From Candidatus Heimdallarchaeota archaeon (lineage in GTDB: Archaea; Asgardarchaeota; Heimdallarchaeia; Heimdallarchaeales; Heimdallarchaeaceae): a stretch of 64,000 bases of DNA. Location of the stretch: NCBI GenBank assembly GCA_016839945.1, contig JAEOTE010000019.1:326-64325 (forward strand), given 5' to 3'. Under the pieces are notes generated by a model. It was not told the origin of the DNA and did not search any database. It saw only the letters and a list, made by a program, of their open reading frames with translations. Positions 39,001 to 47,496 of the stretch are shown one piece after another; positions within the stretch are counted from its first letter, which is position 1; each line of letters opens with the position of its first letter. A program made the translations under genes and the position numbers.

Positions 39001-40260
39001 ATAACCTTGTGTAGCTGAAATTGAAACATTAAGATCATACCCTATGACAAGACTATGATTCTTGGGAAAACTAACTTGAATACTAGGGTGTCTATCTATT
39101 AACACAACTTCAAAGTAGTTATCTTCTCCTGTTGTGAAAGAAAATTCTCGATGATAAACCCCATATCTAAATGCAGCAGTATAACTCCCATTACTTGTTG
39201 TGAAAGATGCTTCTCCTGTACTATTAGTAAATAGACTGTATGATTTTAGACCTAGAACTTGTTCTACTGTAGACTTACTTTGAACAAATATCCAAGCTTC
39301 CTCAATTGGCTCATCTTCATCTGTTATAACTCTAAATGTAACCTCTCTCTCTATATAATTAATAAAAATAGAAATTGAAGTATCTCTTTCCAATATAATT
39401 CGTTTTGGTTCTGATACAATGTTTTCAATTTCTGCTTGAATTTCATATTCTCCAAAAGATAAATTTAAATCTACAATATTTGTGTTTAAAGGATATAGTT
39501 TCAAAGTACCTTTACTACTACTAATAGTGATTGTAGAATTTAGGACTTCTAAGCTATCTGGTGTGTTAAGTATTACTCTTAATGAATATTCAGATGTGAT
39601 TTTTTCCCTAATATACTCTTTATCAACCAAATTTGTGTCTATTTTTACTCTTATGTGGGTAACTCTGTTAAAATTCTCAAAAGAGAAAAATTGTCCTATC
39701 CAAAGAGGTGCAATTATCTCATCATCCAACAATGTTCCTGATCTGAATATAGATTTAACCTTCAGTTCAATTGCAGAATCACTTCTAGTTGAAAAAATTA
39801 AAAAGTATTCTCCTATTTCTAGGTTGTTTCTTTCTGCAAAATTGATTCCAATACTTACTTCAAATGTATCATTTTCGTCTAGCTTATAGCCTTCTTCAAT
39901 TTGAATGTCTGTGAATTCTGAAAATTTATTAACATCAACCCCTCTAAAATAAACTGCTTTATCTCTATAAACTGCAGCAGTCATCACTTCAGGACTGACG
40001 TCAATAACACCATAAACCGTTTTTATTGTTTCTGCTAATTCTAGAGGTAGGACACTAGTATATGGTGTTGAAGCTTGAGGATTGAAAATTACAAGAATAT
40101 CATCGCTTTCACCCAAATAGGAAGTTGTAGAATCAATAATACTTGTCATAAGTATTGCTCCTCCTGTAATTATAGTTGAGCTGATTAAGAAACCAATAAA
40201 AGCGATGAGGATACGTTTCTTGGGTAATATGTTATAGAGAAAAACATTTCTGATGTTCAC
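36079..40260 (-). CDS. giant FtsX/MacB-type permease with ~1000-aa extracytoplasmic insertion
   Basis: 1393 aa. N-terminal TM plus MacB-like periplasmic domain (YGVIDVSPEV..AVYFRGVD...IGINFAERNNLEIGEYF). C-terminal FtsX 3-TM bundle (STILRMIGGTNLNVFVSIF..). The middle is beta-rich with dozens of NxS/T sequons. The GTG start overlaps the upstream stop (GTGA). Confidence 0.7.
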   Translation of the reverse strand: MNIRNVFLYNILPKKRILIAFIGFLISSTIITGGAILMTSIIDSTTSYLGESDDILVIFNPQASTPYTSVLPLELAETIKTVYGVIDVSPEVMTAAVYRDKAVYFRGVDVNKFSEFTDIQIEEGYKLDENDTFEVSIGINFAERNNLEIGEYFLIFSTRSDSAIELKVKSIFRSGTLLDDEIIAPLWIGQFFSFENFNRVTHIRVKIDTNLVDKEYIREKITSEYSLRVILNTPDSLEVLNSTITISSSKGTLKLYPLNTNIVDLNLSFGEYEIQAEIENIVSEPKRIILERDTSISIFINYIEREVTFRVITDEDEPIEEAWIFVQSKSTVEQVLGLKSYSLFTNSTGEASFTTSNGSYTAAFRYGVYHREFSFTTGEDNYFEVVLIDRHPSIQVSFPKNHSLVIGYDLNVSISATQGYSTYFYYDENPGNIQEYHFSSEGEIVPDQIVIPFDEGPHSLTIICYNKDYESDGDKSQNYAETKVYFTISHSLPEELHILNAMNGSHIPYSSNLYLNDSIYFGHNIKYKWNSDIWQILENHNIRTPAEKGIHRLVIKASIGNQNKEWSYIFITSSNPEKLGIIGLQDRIIKESEEIQIWYTIGASNVLYHWDSQVDIPVPNNGTIIAESLSEGNHTLHLSTLISSVWYFRDYEITIDNSPPDITLEHSNSSDISSGSSMFYTSNESLSMIRYSWDNLDFSYAYGLISCPFKEGYHNLTIEARDIAGNLIQKYYEYNTENFTGTTPVDFYFAHDYYGIITQTFIDIQTISSIGFFQIKYEIFGEANFSGEITEYTRIYLYPGEYTLVIEYWIDVFNYEIKSWNFNITEGLSSSQLQANQINSSYTGDIVVTFPYYDCNFTINNNNPIHLSDGYYNFSSILTGFPDSQSSFDYIIDTIPPYVTFLSPEIGSHEIDVFLDLESDAVNILVQLDHRGPLFQYQGFSLVDFNEAGKHTITLFLEDSLYNQKTVDYTIYVGKEYVNQQLLFQVQGSGTLLPLSNFSVIVRSNFNTTVYEKNTNNEGVLDFHIFSGSYHVHFNYSTLQYDFILNTNVGLEQEIFIGFSNVTISLSDYFADSPLIDQYCIFRDVRGRRVLSIRTDNNGMISTLLATGDYTCYFSDHRNANPVSFQVFNPNQYTHLKIPSHRSKVTFIFVYDNGSKVFNLPVVFSTLFDGNISTTTGFYSSVSLWISYGYVNVSFIDFNENIINLRRAFEPGKEAITIIVASETEDQWLKIPFRAYAGFEFFISLSLEYMDYYLKGSLLFTYTLAYAEILLIMIVVVVNMYSILQNVHVESRRESTILRMIGGTNLNVFVSIFSRISVVALIAACFGYGIGGAILKFLASANQTVFFGHTFAPTGSWSIFFINIVFVLLIAFITSLIIARRDRKQKSIVYSRR

Positions 40261-41432
40261 ATATGATCCTCCCTGATAACTTTAATTTTGGATGCTACTA
40301 TTGAAGGATATATTCCTGATACTATTGATAATGATATAGCAAATAAAAAAATGATTCCCACTGTTGCAGCATTAATATTCATTGATAAGAATGGTAATCC
40401 AATAAAAGCTGAAACTAAACCAACTATACCACTTACAGCAAAATATCCAATAAACAAAGAAAGAACAGCTGAAATAACACCAATAAACAAGGCTTGCATC
40501 ATAAACAGAAGAATTATTTGTCCCCTAGTTGCTCCAATCGATCTTAAAATAAATATCTCTTCTTCACTTTCTTTGACTAAGGTATAAATACTGTAAGTTA
40601 TAGAAACAAGCATCAAAGCAAAGAACATAATCTCTAGTAAGGTTAGTGTTTTTACTACCTCTTCAGTTGCATAACGAATAAAATTCTGTGTTTGTTTTTC
40701 TTCCGTAATTTCAAGACCATCAAACTTCATAGTTATTTCTTCAATTATTGTACCAACCTCTCTTGTATCTAAAATAAATAGCTCAATAAAAGACACATAA
40801 TTCAAAGTGGTATTTATAAAAAAATCGTTAATTGAACCTAAAACTTCAATATCAAATTCTTGACCCGTTTCTAGAATATTAGTTATTGTATAATTATCTT
40901 TAATATAGAACGAAGAAGATGAGTTTATTGTAATAATTGAGCTTTCTACTCCCACAATAGCTCCAGCTCCCGCAGTTAGAAAATTCACTATCTGTTGTCC
41001 CATAATTAACTCATTACTCTCTGGTGGTTCAAAACTATAGGTATACTTTGGATTGTGATATTGATGAAACGTAGTGAAATTCAATAAACGCAAATGTGTG
41101 TCAATCTCAATTCCAGTTTCCCCAACAACTGATATAGGAAAATAGAGTTGAGGTAAAATTATATTTACATTAGGTGTTGTTTCCGAATACTCTTCTAGAA
41201 AAGCAATAACCTCTATATCGATTCTGCTATCAGAAAAGCTTTTTTGATTTTCAGTAATTAGAAGATAATGTGATGGTTGGATTATATTTGCCATTCCGCT
41301 AATATTAGCAGCATATCCTCCAACAAGAAGAACTGTTGCAAGATAAATTACCAAAGCTAAGGTCAGAGTCAAAGTAGCTTGATATGTTCTCTTTCTGTTA
41401 TGAAAAAAGAATCTAACAATAAATCTTAGCAT
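40257..41432 (-). CDS. FtsX/MacB-type ABC permease-like protein
   Basis: 391 aa. N-terminal TM, ~230-aa external domain, FtsX signature ILRSIGATRGQIILLFMMQALFIG. Confidence 0.7.
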   Translation of the reverse strand: MLRFIVRFFFHNRKRTYQATLTLTLALVIYLATVLLVGGYAANISGMANIIQPSHYLLITENQKSFSDSRIDIEVIAFLEEYSETTPNVNIILPQLYFPISVVGETGIEIDTHLRLLNFTTFHQYHNPKYTYSFEPPESNELIMGQQIVNFLTAGAGAIVGVESSIITINSSSSFYIKDNYTITNILETGQEFDIEVLGSINDFFINTTLNYVSFIELFILDTREVGTIIEEITMKFDGLEITEEKQTQNFIRYATEEVVKTLTLLEIMFFALMLVSITYSIYTLVKESEEEIFILRSIGATRGQIILLFMMQALFIGVISAVLSLFIGYFAVSGIVGLVSAFIGLPFLSMNINAATVGIIFLFAISLSIVSGIYPSIVASKIKVIREDHM

Positions 41433-41531
41433 TTACTATCACTTTCTCTTTTCTAAAAAGTAGGAAATAACGATATAAAACTTTCTAAACAAATGTAGGG
41501 AGAAATTACTCCCTTTTCTAAATGTATATTT

Positions 41532-42863
41532 TTACGTTGGAGCTGCCCAAGAGAAGAAGAACAACCTCTGAATAATCAATGTTAGATATATTGAAACTGC
41601 TATTGCAAATAGTGAGGGTATTCTTGTTTTAGAAGGTGTAATCCTATTAACACCAATACCTAGGAAGAGCAGGAAAATTACTAGAAATATATTAAGTGGT
41701 ATTTGTACCGCAAGCTGGTACGTTAGGTGTAAAGATTCCTCAGCAAATATAGCTTCACCTGGGTGAAGTCCTATAGCTTCGAGATAAGTTGTTCCTCCAA
41801 ATATGCTTCCTATTAGAAGTAAAAAGATAGCAATTGATGAGATAAACATTGCATTCTTGTAGATATTTCCCCATTTTTTCCTTTCACCTAGTAAAGATGA
41901 ATAAATCAGTGGAAAGATAAATACCCATGAGAACCAAGTTACAGAACCAATTAGTATTTGATCTCCTACGTCACTCTCATGAATATTGAATGTACGAAAA
42001 TCAAAATCTGCTTCCAAACCACCTATCAAGTTACCTGGTGATAATGGATACACTCGCAATTCAACGAAATATCCACCTGCAAAACACATTATACTTAAGA
42101 AGACTATGAATGAAACAAATATGCTTATCAAGAAATAATTTGGGAGAAGTTCTGCATAACTTGCTCTTGTTGGTCTTAATAAGTAGTCTCTAGAGAATCT
42201 AAATATATCTTTTACATGTGTAAATTTGAATAACAAATAAACTGCTATCGCTGGTATTCCAATTACTGCAATTAGAAGTAGAATATACAGAATAAAGTCA
42301 ACTACACCAATTGTAAGTTTATCTAATAAACCATTCCAAATAAAGGTTTTAATATCAAAATCTGGCATCCCCTTGAAAGGTGGAGAACCAAATATAATCA
42401 TGGTATACCAGCTTATAGTTAAAGCCACAAATATTGTAGCCAAATAGTCCCATACTCTGAATTTCCTCTTTTGGGTGTCAAGATACCATAATTTCTTGTA
42501 AATGATTTCGGTTGCATCAACTTCAAAGTCTGAAAGAACTAAACCATCTATCCTTACTTCTCCATATTTCTCAAAGAATCTTCTGGCAATCATATCGAGG
42601 AGGTCCTCTGTATCTTTTGTATCCATCCTTTTGTCAACTGTTAAAACAAACAATAGGTCGCTTTCTTCCTCTTGAAAAACTACTCTTGATGTCACCATTT
42701 CAAATTCAGATATTTTCTCTCTTTGGGTTTCAGAAGCCATAGAATATATGGCACTCATTAAACCACCAGTGAGAGCAATATCAACAGCCTCTTCAGTTTT
42801 CTCAAATTCTTGACTATAGAAAATCTGTCCATAAGTTGTTAAGATGAGAAGATGCTTTATCAC
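41532..42863 (-). CDS. membrane protein: N-terminal longin-like domain fused to a ~7-TM domain
   Basis: 443 aa. The first ~115 aa are soluble (MIKHLLILTTYGQIFYSQEF...GGLMSAIYSMASE...LLFVLTVD...LLDMIARRFFEKYGE), followed by seven hydrophobic helices. Confidence 0.5.
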   Translation of the reverse strand: MIKHLLILTTYGQIFYSQEFEKTEEAVDIALTGGLMSAIYSMASETQREKISEFEMVTSRVVFQEEESDLLFVLTVDKRMDTKDTEDLLDMIARRFFEKYGEVRIDGLVLSDFEVDATEIIYKKLWYLDTQKRKFRVWDYLATIFVALTISWYTMIIFGSPPFKGMPDFDIKTFIWNGLLDKLTIGVVDFILYILLLIAVIGIPAIAVYLLFKFTHVKDIFRFSRDYLLRPTRASYAELLPNYFLISIFVSFIVFLSIMCFAGGYFVELRVYPLSPGNLIGGLEADFDFRTFNIHESDVGDQILIGSVTWFSWVFIFPLIYSSLLGERKKWGNIYKNAMFISSIAIFLLLIGSIFGGTTYLEAIGLHPGEAIFAEESLHLTYQLAVQIPLNIFLVIFLLFLGIGVNRITPSKTRIPSLFAIAVSIYLTLIIQRLFFFSWAAPT

Positions 42864-42966
42864 GCTATATTCCCCTTTTCTTATATCTCTTAATATGAAA
42901 GCTCTGACCTAAAAATCTTGTGGCGAAGTCCAAGAGAAGAAGAATGTGAATGATAAATAAGAAACT

Positions 42967-44220
42967 TTAAGTTCCTTCGTAGTATGCATCTTTATAGTTT
43001 TCTTGCTCAGCTGTTAAGTGATCAATTTGATAGTCCATTAATTCTAGTTTTAATTTTGCAATTGTTTCATCCTGTTCTCTTGGAATATCATAAACTTTGT
43101 TTTCCAAATTTTTAGCATTTTCAGCTAAATAAATTAGGCTTAATAGTTGATTTGCAAAGGACATATCCATTACTTCTGATGGATGTCCCTCTGCAGCTGA
43201 TAGATTAACAAGTCTTCCTTTTGCAAGAAGGTATATTCGTCTTCCATCCTCTAGAACATATTCTTCATTATTTGTTCTGATTTCTCGTTTTGATTCTGAA
43301 AGTTTTTCTAAATCACCAATGTTAATTTCTACATCGTAATGACCAGTATTACAAACAATCGCTCCATCTTTCATTGCTTTAAAGTGTTTTTCAACTAGAA
43401 CATCTTTCATACCTGTTGCGGTAATAAACACATCGCCAATTCTAGCTGCATTGTTCATCTTCATTACCCTAAAACCATCCATAGCAGCTTTTAGAGCTTG
43501 TATTGGGTTTACTTCAGTTACAACAATATCTGCCCCTAAACCTGAAGCGTTTTTAGCTAAACCTTTACCACAGTGACCATAACCAGCAATAACAACAATC
43601 TTTCCTGCAAAGATTATGTTCGTTGCTCTTAAAATACCATCTAATGTAGATTGTCCAGTTCCATAATAATTATCAAAATCGCTTTTTGTTTCTGCATCAT
43701 TAACTGCTATGATCGGATAATGAAGTTTTCCTGCCTTATCCATTGCACGAAGTCGATGCACTCCTGTTGTTGTTTCTTCAGTTCCACCTAGTATATTTTC
43801 TGCTAGTTTAGGTGATTCTGAGTGAACTCTAAATATAAGATCTGCTCCATCATCCAATGTTAATGTTGGGTTTAATTCTAGTACTTTATCAATTGCCCAA
43901 TAGAACTCCTCTGTGCTCATACCATACCATGCAAAAATGGGAACATTTTTCGCTGCTAAAGCTGCTGCCACATCATCTTTTGTGGATAGGGGATTACACC
44001 CACTCCAAGACAACTCTGCTCCAGCTGCTAATAAGGTCTCAACAAGTACTGCTGTTTCTTTTGTTACATGAAGACATCCTGCTATTTTCATACCTTTTAG
44101 AGGTTTAGTTTCAGAAAACTGTTTTCGAAGTTTCATTAATACAGGCATTCTTGATTCTGCCCAATCAATTTTCTTTCTACCTTGTTCTGCCAAATTGATA
44201 TCTTTAATCTTATAATCCAT
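42967..44220 (-). CDS. ahcY: adenosylhomocysteinase
   Basis: 417 aa. INLAEQGRKKIDWAESRMPVL, NAD fold VVIAGYGHCGKG, and EGRLVNL-like LAKGRLVNLSAAEGHP. Confidence 0.9.
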   Translation of the reverse strand: MDYKIKDINLAEQGRKKIDWAESRMPVLMKLRKQFSETKPLKGMKIAGCLHVTKETAVLVETLLAAGAELSWSGCNPLSTKDDVAAALAAKNVPIFAWYGMSTEEFYWAIDKVLELNPTLTLDDGADLIFRVHSESPKLAENILGGTEETTTGVHRLRAMDKAGKLHYPIIAVNDAETKSDFDNYYGTGQSTLDGILRATNIIFAGKIVVIAGYGHCGKGLAKNASGLGADIVVTEVNPIQALKAAMDGFRVMKMNNAARIGDVFITATGMKDVLVEKHFKAMKDGAIVCNTGHYDVEINIGDLEKLSESKREIRTNNEEYVLEDGRRIYLLAKGRLVNLSAAEGHPSEVMDMSFANQLLSLIYLAENAKNLENKVYDIPREQDETIAKLKLELMDYQIDHLTAEQENYKDAYYEGT

Positions 44221-44309
44221 GAATGAACCATATTATAGAGTCTTAAAAATGTGTCGAGAAGAGATAATTAGTGCAAAAAATTAATCTACTGTAAAGTTAT
44301 TTTTTTCTT

Positions 44310-45023
44310 GTGAAAAAGACTGAACAACCATTAGTGATTGCACATAGAGGATCTTCAGTAGATGCTTACGCTAATTCAAATGAAGCCTTTAAGTTAGCTA
44401 TTGAACAAAAAGCAGATATGATTGAACTTGATACTCACTTAACTAAAGATGGACATTTTATTATTTATCATGATTATATAATCAAACATCAGGAAAAAAA
44501 ATATAAAATATCTGAAACAAATCTGGAGACCATAAAAACAATATTATTACCAAATAAGGAACCTATTCCATTGCTAGAAGATGTTCTAAAACAATTGCTG
44601 TCAAAGATCAAGTTTAATATAGAAATTAAATGTCTAGTAGAGAGAGAAGAATTTGATGCTCTACTTTCAAATGTAGGAGGAGATAACTCTAGAGTCTTAG
44701 TAAGTTCCTTTAGACGTAAAGTTTTGTATAATCTTAGAAATTCTGATCTGGGTTATTCATTAGCATTTTTATGCAGAAGATTAGGTTTAAGAACTAGGAA
44801 AATGGTTCAAAATGATTTCGTTGAAGCAATTAATCCATCTTACAAACATCTAAGAAAAAAGCATGTAAATTTCTATCATAAAAATAACAAAAAAGTTTAC
44901 TCATGGACAGTAAATGAAGAAAAAGACATCAAGAGTTTAATTACAAAAAGAGTAGATGGTATAATAACAGATAATCCTCAAAAAGCAAGACAGATTATTC
45001 AATCTTATATAACACAAATTTAA
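44310..45023 (+). CDS. glycerophosphodiester phosphodiesterase family protein
   Basis: 237 aa with VIAHRGSS, ELDTHLTKDGHFIIYHD and a C-terminal GIITDNP. GTG start. Confidence 0.75.
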   Translation: MKKTEQPLVIAHRGSSVDAYANSNEAFKLAIEQKADMIELDTHLTKDGHFIIYHDYIIKHQEKKYKISETNLETIKTILLPNKEPIPLLEDVLKQLLSKIKFNIEIKCLVEREEFDALLSNVGGDNSRVLVSSFRRKVLYNLRNSDLGYSLAFLCRRLGLRTRKMVQNDFVEAINPSYKHLRKKHVNFYHKNNKKVYSWTVNEEKDIKSLITKRVDGIITDNPQKARQIIQSYITQI

Positions 45024-45737
45024 CTATTTAAACTTCTTAACTAAAGAAAAAGCAAATTCTTGCCAATCAGTAATAGCATTTATGTCCTTAAGTAACTCTT
45101 CTAAATTCTCATCTTCAATATAAAATAACATACTTATTATTTCTGGATTATATCCTTGTTCAATTATTCTTCTATAATCACTGGGTTCTTCAATGATTTC
45201 AATTCCATACGTGTCGTTTTTAGAAACCATAACTTCTATAAGTTCGGGTTTAATCCCCTCATTTATAGTATTATAAATTTGAACAAATTCTGTTTTTTTT
45301 GCTAATTCCTTACTTACTCTAAGAACAGAAGATGAATACCCCCCTTCTTGAACAAAAAATGGAATTAACCAAAAAGACTGACTGGGCAGTGTAAGCTCGA
45401 TATTTGGACATGTTTGATGAGTAGCTAAGTTATCTATGTCTAACAAGAGTTGTTTTATTGTATCATTGTCTCTATAATCTAATAATATTACAATCTCTTC
45501 AATAACTAAGGTTTTGATATCTCTTTTGATTTCTTCTTCCTCTTCTTTTTCTATCTCAACAAGCCATATTATATATCCTATATTTTTTTCATTTAAACAA
45601 ATTAGATTTATCTGAGCATTCCGAGAAACAATTGCGGAATCAACAAATTCTTTAGTTGAAATTTCTTCCCCATATAGATTCTCTAATACAACTCTAAGTT
45701 CCTCATAGTTATTCTTTTCATCTACTTTTTCAAACAT
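45024..45737 (-). CDS. hypothetical protein (acidic)
   Basis: 237-aa ORF with no recognisable motif. Its stop codon directly abuts the stop of the convergent GDPD gene. Confidence 0.45.
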   Translation of the reverse strand: MFEKVDEKNNYEELRVVLENLYGEEISTKEFVDSAIVSRNAQINLICLNEKNIGYIIWLVEIEKEEEEEIKRDIKTLVIEEIVILLDYRDNDTIKQLLLDIDNLATHQTCPNIELTLPSQSFWLIPFFVQEGGYSSSVLRVSKELAKKTEFVQIYNTINEGIKPELIEVMVSKNDTYGIEIIEEPSDYRRIIEQGYNPEIISMLFYIEDENLEELLKDINAITDWQEFAFSLVKKFK

Positions 45738-45811
45738 TTCTGATTGAATTAAAAAATATGTACTAAATAAAGCTGTTCTTTTATTCTAAATGTGGAATTA
45801 AACAACCAAAA

Positions 45812-45843
45812 GTAATAAAGAAAAAGAAAAAGAAAAGAAAATT
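45812..45843 (-). terminator. pyrimidine/oligo-T tract downstream of the pilin gene
   Basis: The minus strand reads tttcttttctttttctttttctttatt immediately after the stop at 45844-45846. Confidence 0.4.
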
Positions 45844-46242
45844 TTATGCTTTGTGATCAAGTACTTTTTCGAATGTACTATCACCTGATGTAAAGGTAAA
45901 TGTGAAAGTATATTCAGTACCTATTGCAAAAGTACCTTTAATTATAACTGTAATTTTTGCGTTTTCAGCAATTGCAGCTCCCACGTTACTTACTTCTAAG
46001 GGTGTCACTGTTTCACACGTCACTCCATCAAATATTAAATCTCCACCTCTTGCTTCAATTTCAATTGAAATGGATCTATGTGTTCCATTTACAGATGAAG
46101 ATGCTGGAGTAGCTACAAAGTAAGGTGTTGCACCTGGTCGAAGCATAGGTATAACCACTAAGAAAACAATTGCTGCTGCAGCTGTTACTAGAGCGATTAG
46201 TAAGACTGTTGCTATTACTGGAGATACGGCTCTCTTCTTCAT
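45844..46242 (-). CDS. archaeal type IV pilin-like protein (class III signal peptide, DUF361-type)
   Basis: 132 aa. MKKRA|VSPVIATVLLIALVTAAAAIVFLVV is the canonical prepilin-peptidase site plus hydrophobic helix. Confidence 0.75.
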   Translation of the reverse strand: MKKRAVSPVIATVLLIALVTAAAAIVFLVVIPMLRPGATPYFVATPASSSVNGTHRSISIEIEARGGDLIFDGVTCETVTPLEVSNVGAAIAENAKITVIIKGTFAIGTEYTFTFTFTSGDSTFEKVLDHKA

Positions 46243-46408
46243 ATTTATTCACCATTTATTTTATAAAGTAGTCGAGTCTTTTTATTGTCGCCTTACTTAA
46301 AAACGTAGCGATAGTTTTTTACTTAAGGTTATTAGCAACCATTTTGGAAGAGTTTTTGCAAATTAACAATTGTTTATATTTGTGTATGTTATTATTTATT
46401 TGACAAAA

Positions 46409-47104
46409 ATGGATGCTGCAGCTAATATGATTTTTCGATCCATAAATGCTATTTATGAAGGAGCAATTAGCAGCAGTACTCTCTATCCAACATTATACTT
46501 TCTTGAAAATGAAAAGAAATGCACATTTTATGGTTTTAGAATCAGAGAAATAATTCCTACACGTTTGATTGTTAGAATATATGAAGAAGAGAAGAATTTC
46601 GTTGTAGATATGCTGTGGTTAGTTGATGATATAAAAATAGAAGGTAAGGGTCATTTATTATTTTCAGGAAAATCTTCAAAGATAAGTGTTGAAGGGTCTC
46701 CAAAATTTTATTTAAATAAAACAAAAGATGATGTAACAATTCAAGCATGTTATGAAGATTTGTTACTACCTTCTGACTTCTTTCAAATGATGGTTGTTGG
46801 TTCTAAAGAATTGTTTCCTCCTAAAATCCAAAGTGAAACCAAAATCAACATTGGAAAAATTCCTACTCATCTATATTCATTCTCAAGGTGCATTTTGAAT
46901 CAAAAAAAGATTAAAGATGAGGAATATCAAGATATTGTAATAAACGCTTTTCTAGCTCTTATCGATTTAGTTCATAGATCATTAGAAATATTAAACTCTT
47001 TGAATCAAAAGCACAAGGGACCTGATGTTTTTTGCATTAGATGTGGACAAAAATTACCCTCTGATTCATATTACTGTCCTATATGTGGAACAAAGCAAAG
47101 TTAA
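46409..47104 (+). CDS. hypothetical protein with C-terminal zinc ribbon
   Basis: CIRCGQKLPSDSYYCPICGTKQS at the C-terminus. I prefer ATG 46409 over the track start 46370. Confidence 0.5.
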   Translation: MDAAANMIFRSINAIYEGAISSSTLYPTLYFLENEKKCTFYGFRIREIIPTRLIVRIYEEEKNFVVDMLWLVDDIKIEGKGHLLFSGKSSKISVEGSPKFYLNKTKDDVTIQACYEDLLLPSDFFQMMVVGSKELFPPKIQSETKINIGKIPTHLYSFSRCILNQKKIKDEEYQDIVINAFLALIDLVHRSLEILNSLNQKHKGPDVFCIRCGQKLPSDSYYCPICGTKQS

Positions 47105-47114
47105 GATTAAGTTA

Positions 47115-47462
47115 TCAAGTATGATACAATATTTCTGCTTTTTCTATTAGCTCTAAAGTATCGGTCTGGTTAGCTAAATCTCTAGCATTTGGGGAAAAAT
47201 TATTTGCGATTATAAACCCACCACTTAAATTTGTTCTCTGTACTAGTCGTTCAATATGAATGATTTTATCAGTTCCCACAGATCTTTTCCAATCAAGTAC
47301 CCAGACTCCTACTAATAGCTCTTGTACTAAGATAAGAAAATCAATAGAATGTTTAGTGGAACCTTGGATTAATGATAATTCATGAGTAATAGTTCCGTAA
47401 TTTTTTAAATATTCCAACGCTAGTTCCATAAGTGGTGTATCGCGAGCCATTTTAACCGGCAA
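47115..47462 (-). CDS. small Mrr/PD-(D/E)xK-like restriction-endonuclease-fold protein
   Basis: 115 aa. HSIDFLIL...VWVLDWKRSVGTDKI..ERLV...GGFIIANNFSPNARDLA matches the D...(D/E)xK core and the Mrr_cat C-terminal pattern. Confidence 0.4.
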   Translation of the reverse strand: MPVKMARDTPLMELALEYLKNYGTITHELSLIQGSTKHSIDFLILVQELLVGVWVLDWKRSVGTDKIIHIERLVQRTNLSGGFIIANNFSPNARDLANQTDTLELIEKAEILYHT

Positions 47463-47496
47463 AATTCCTAAAACTATTAAAAGATTTGTATCAACT

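Noticed and set aside
45024-45737. Assigning the 237-aa acidic protein to the GNAT family
   Set aside because: There is only a vague beta-strand/acidic-loop resemblance. No Q/RxxGxG/A acetyl-CoA motif is present. It is left as hypothetical.
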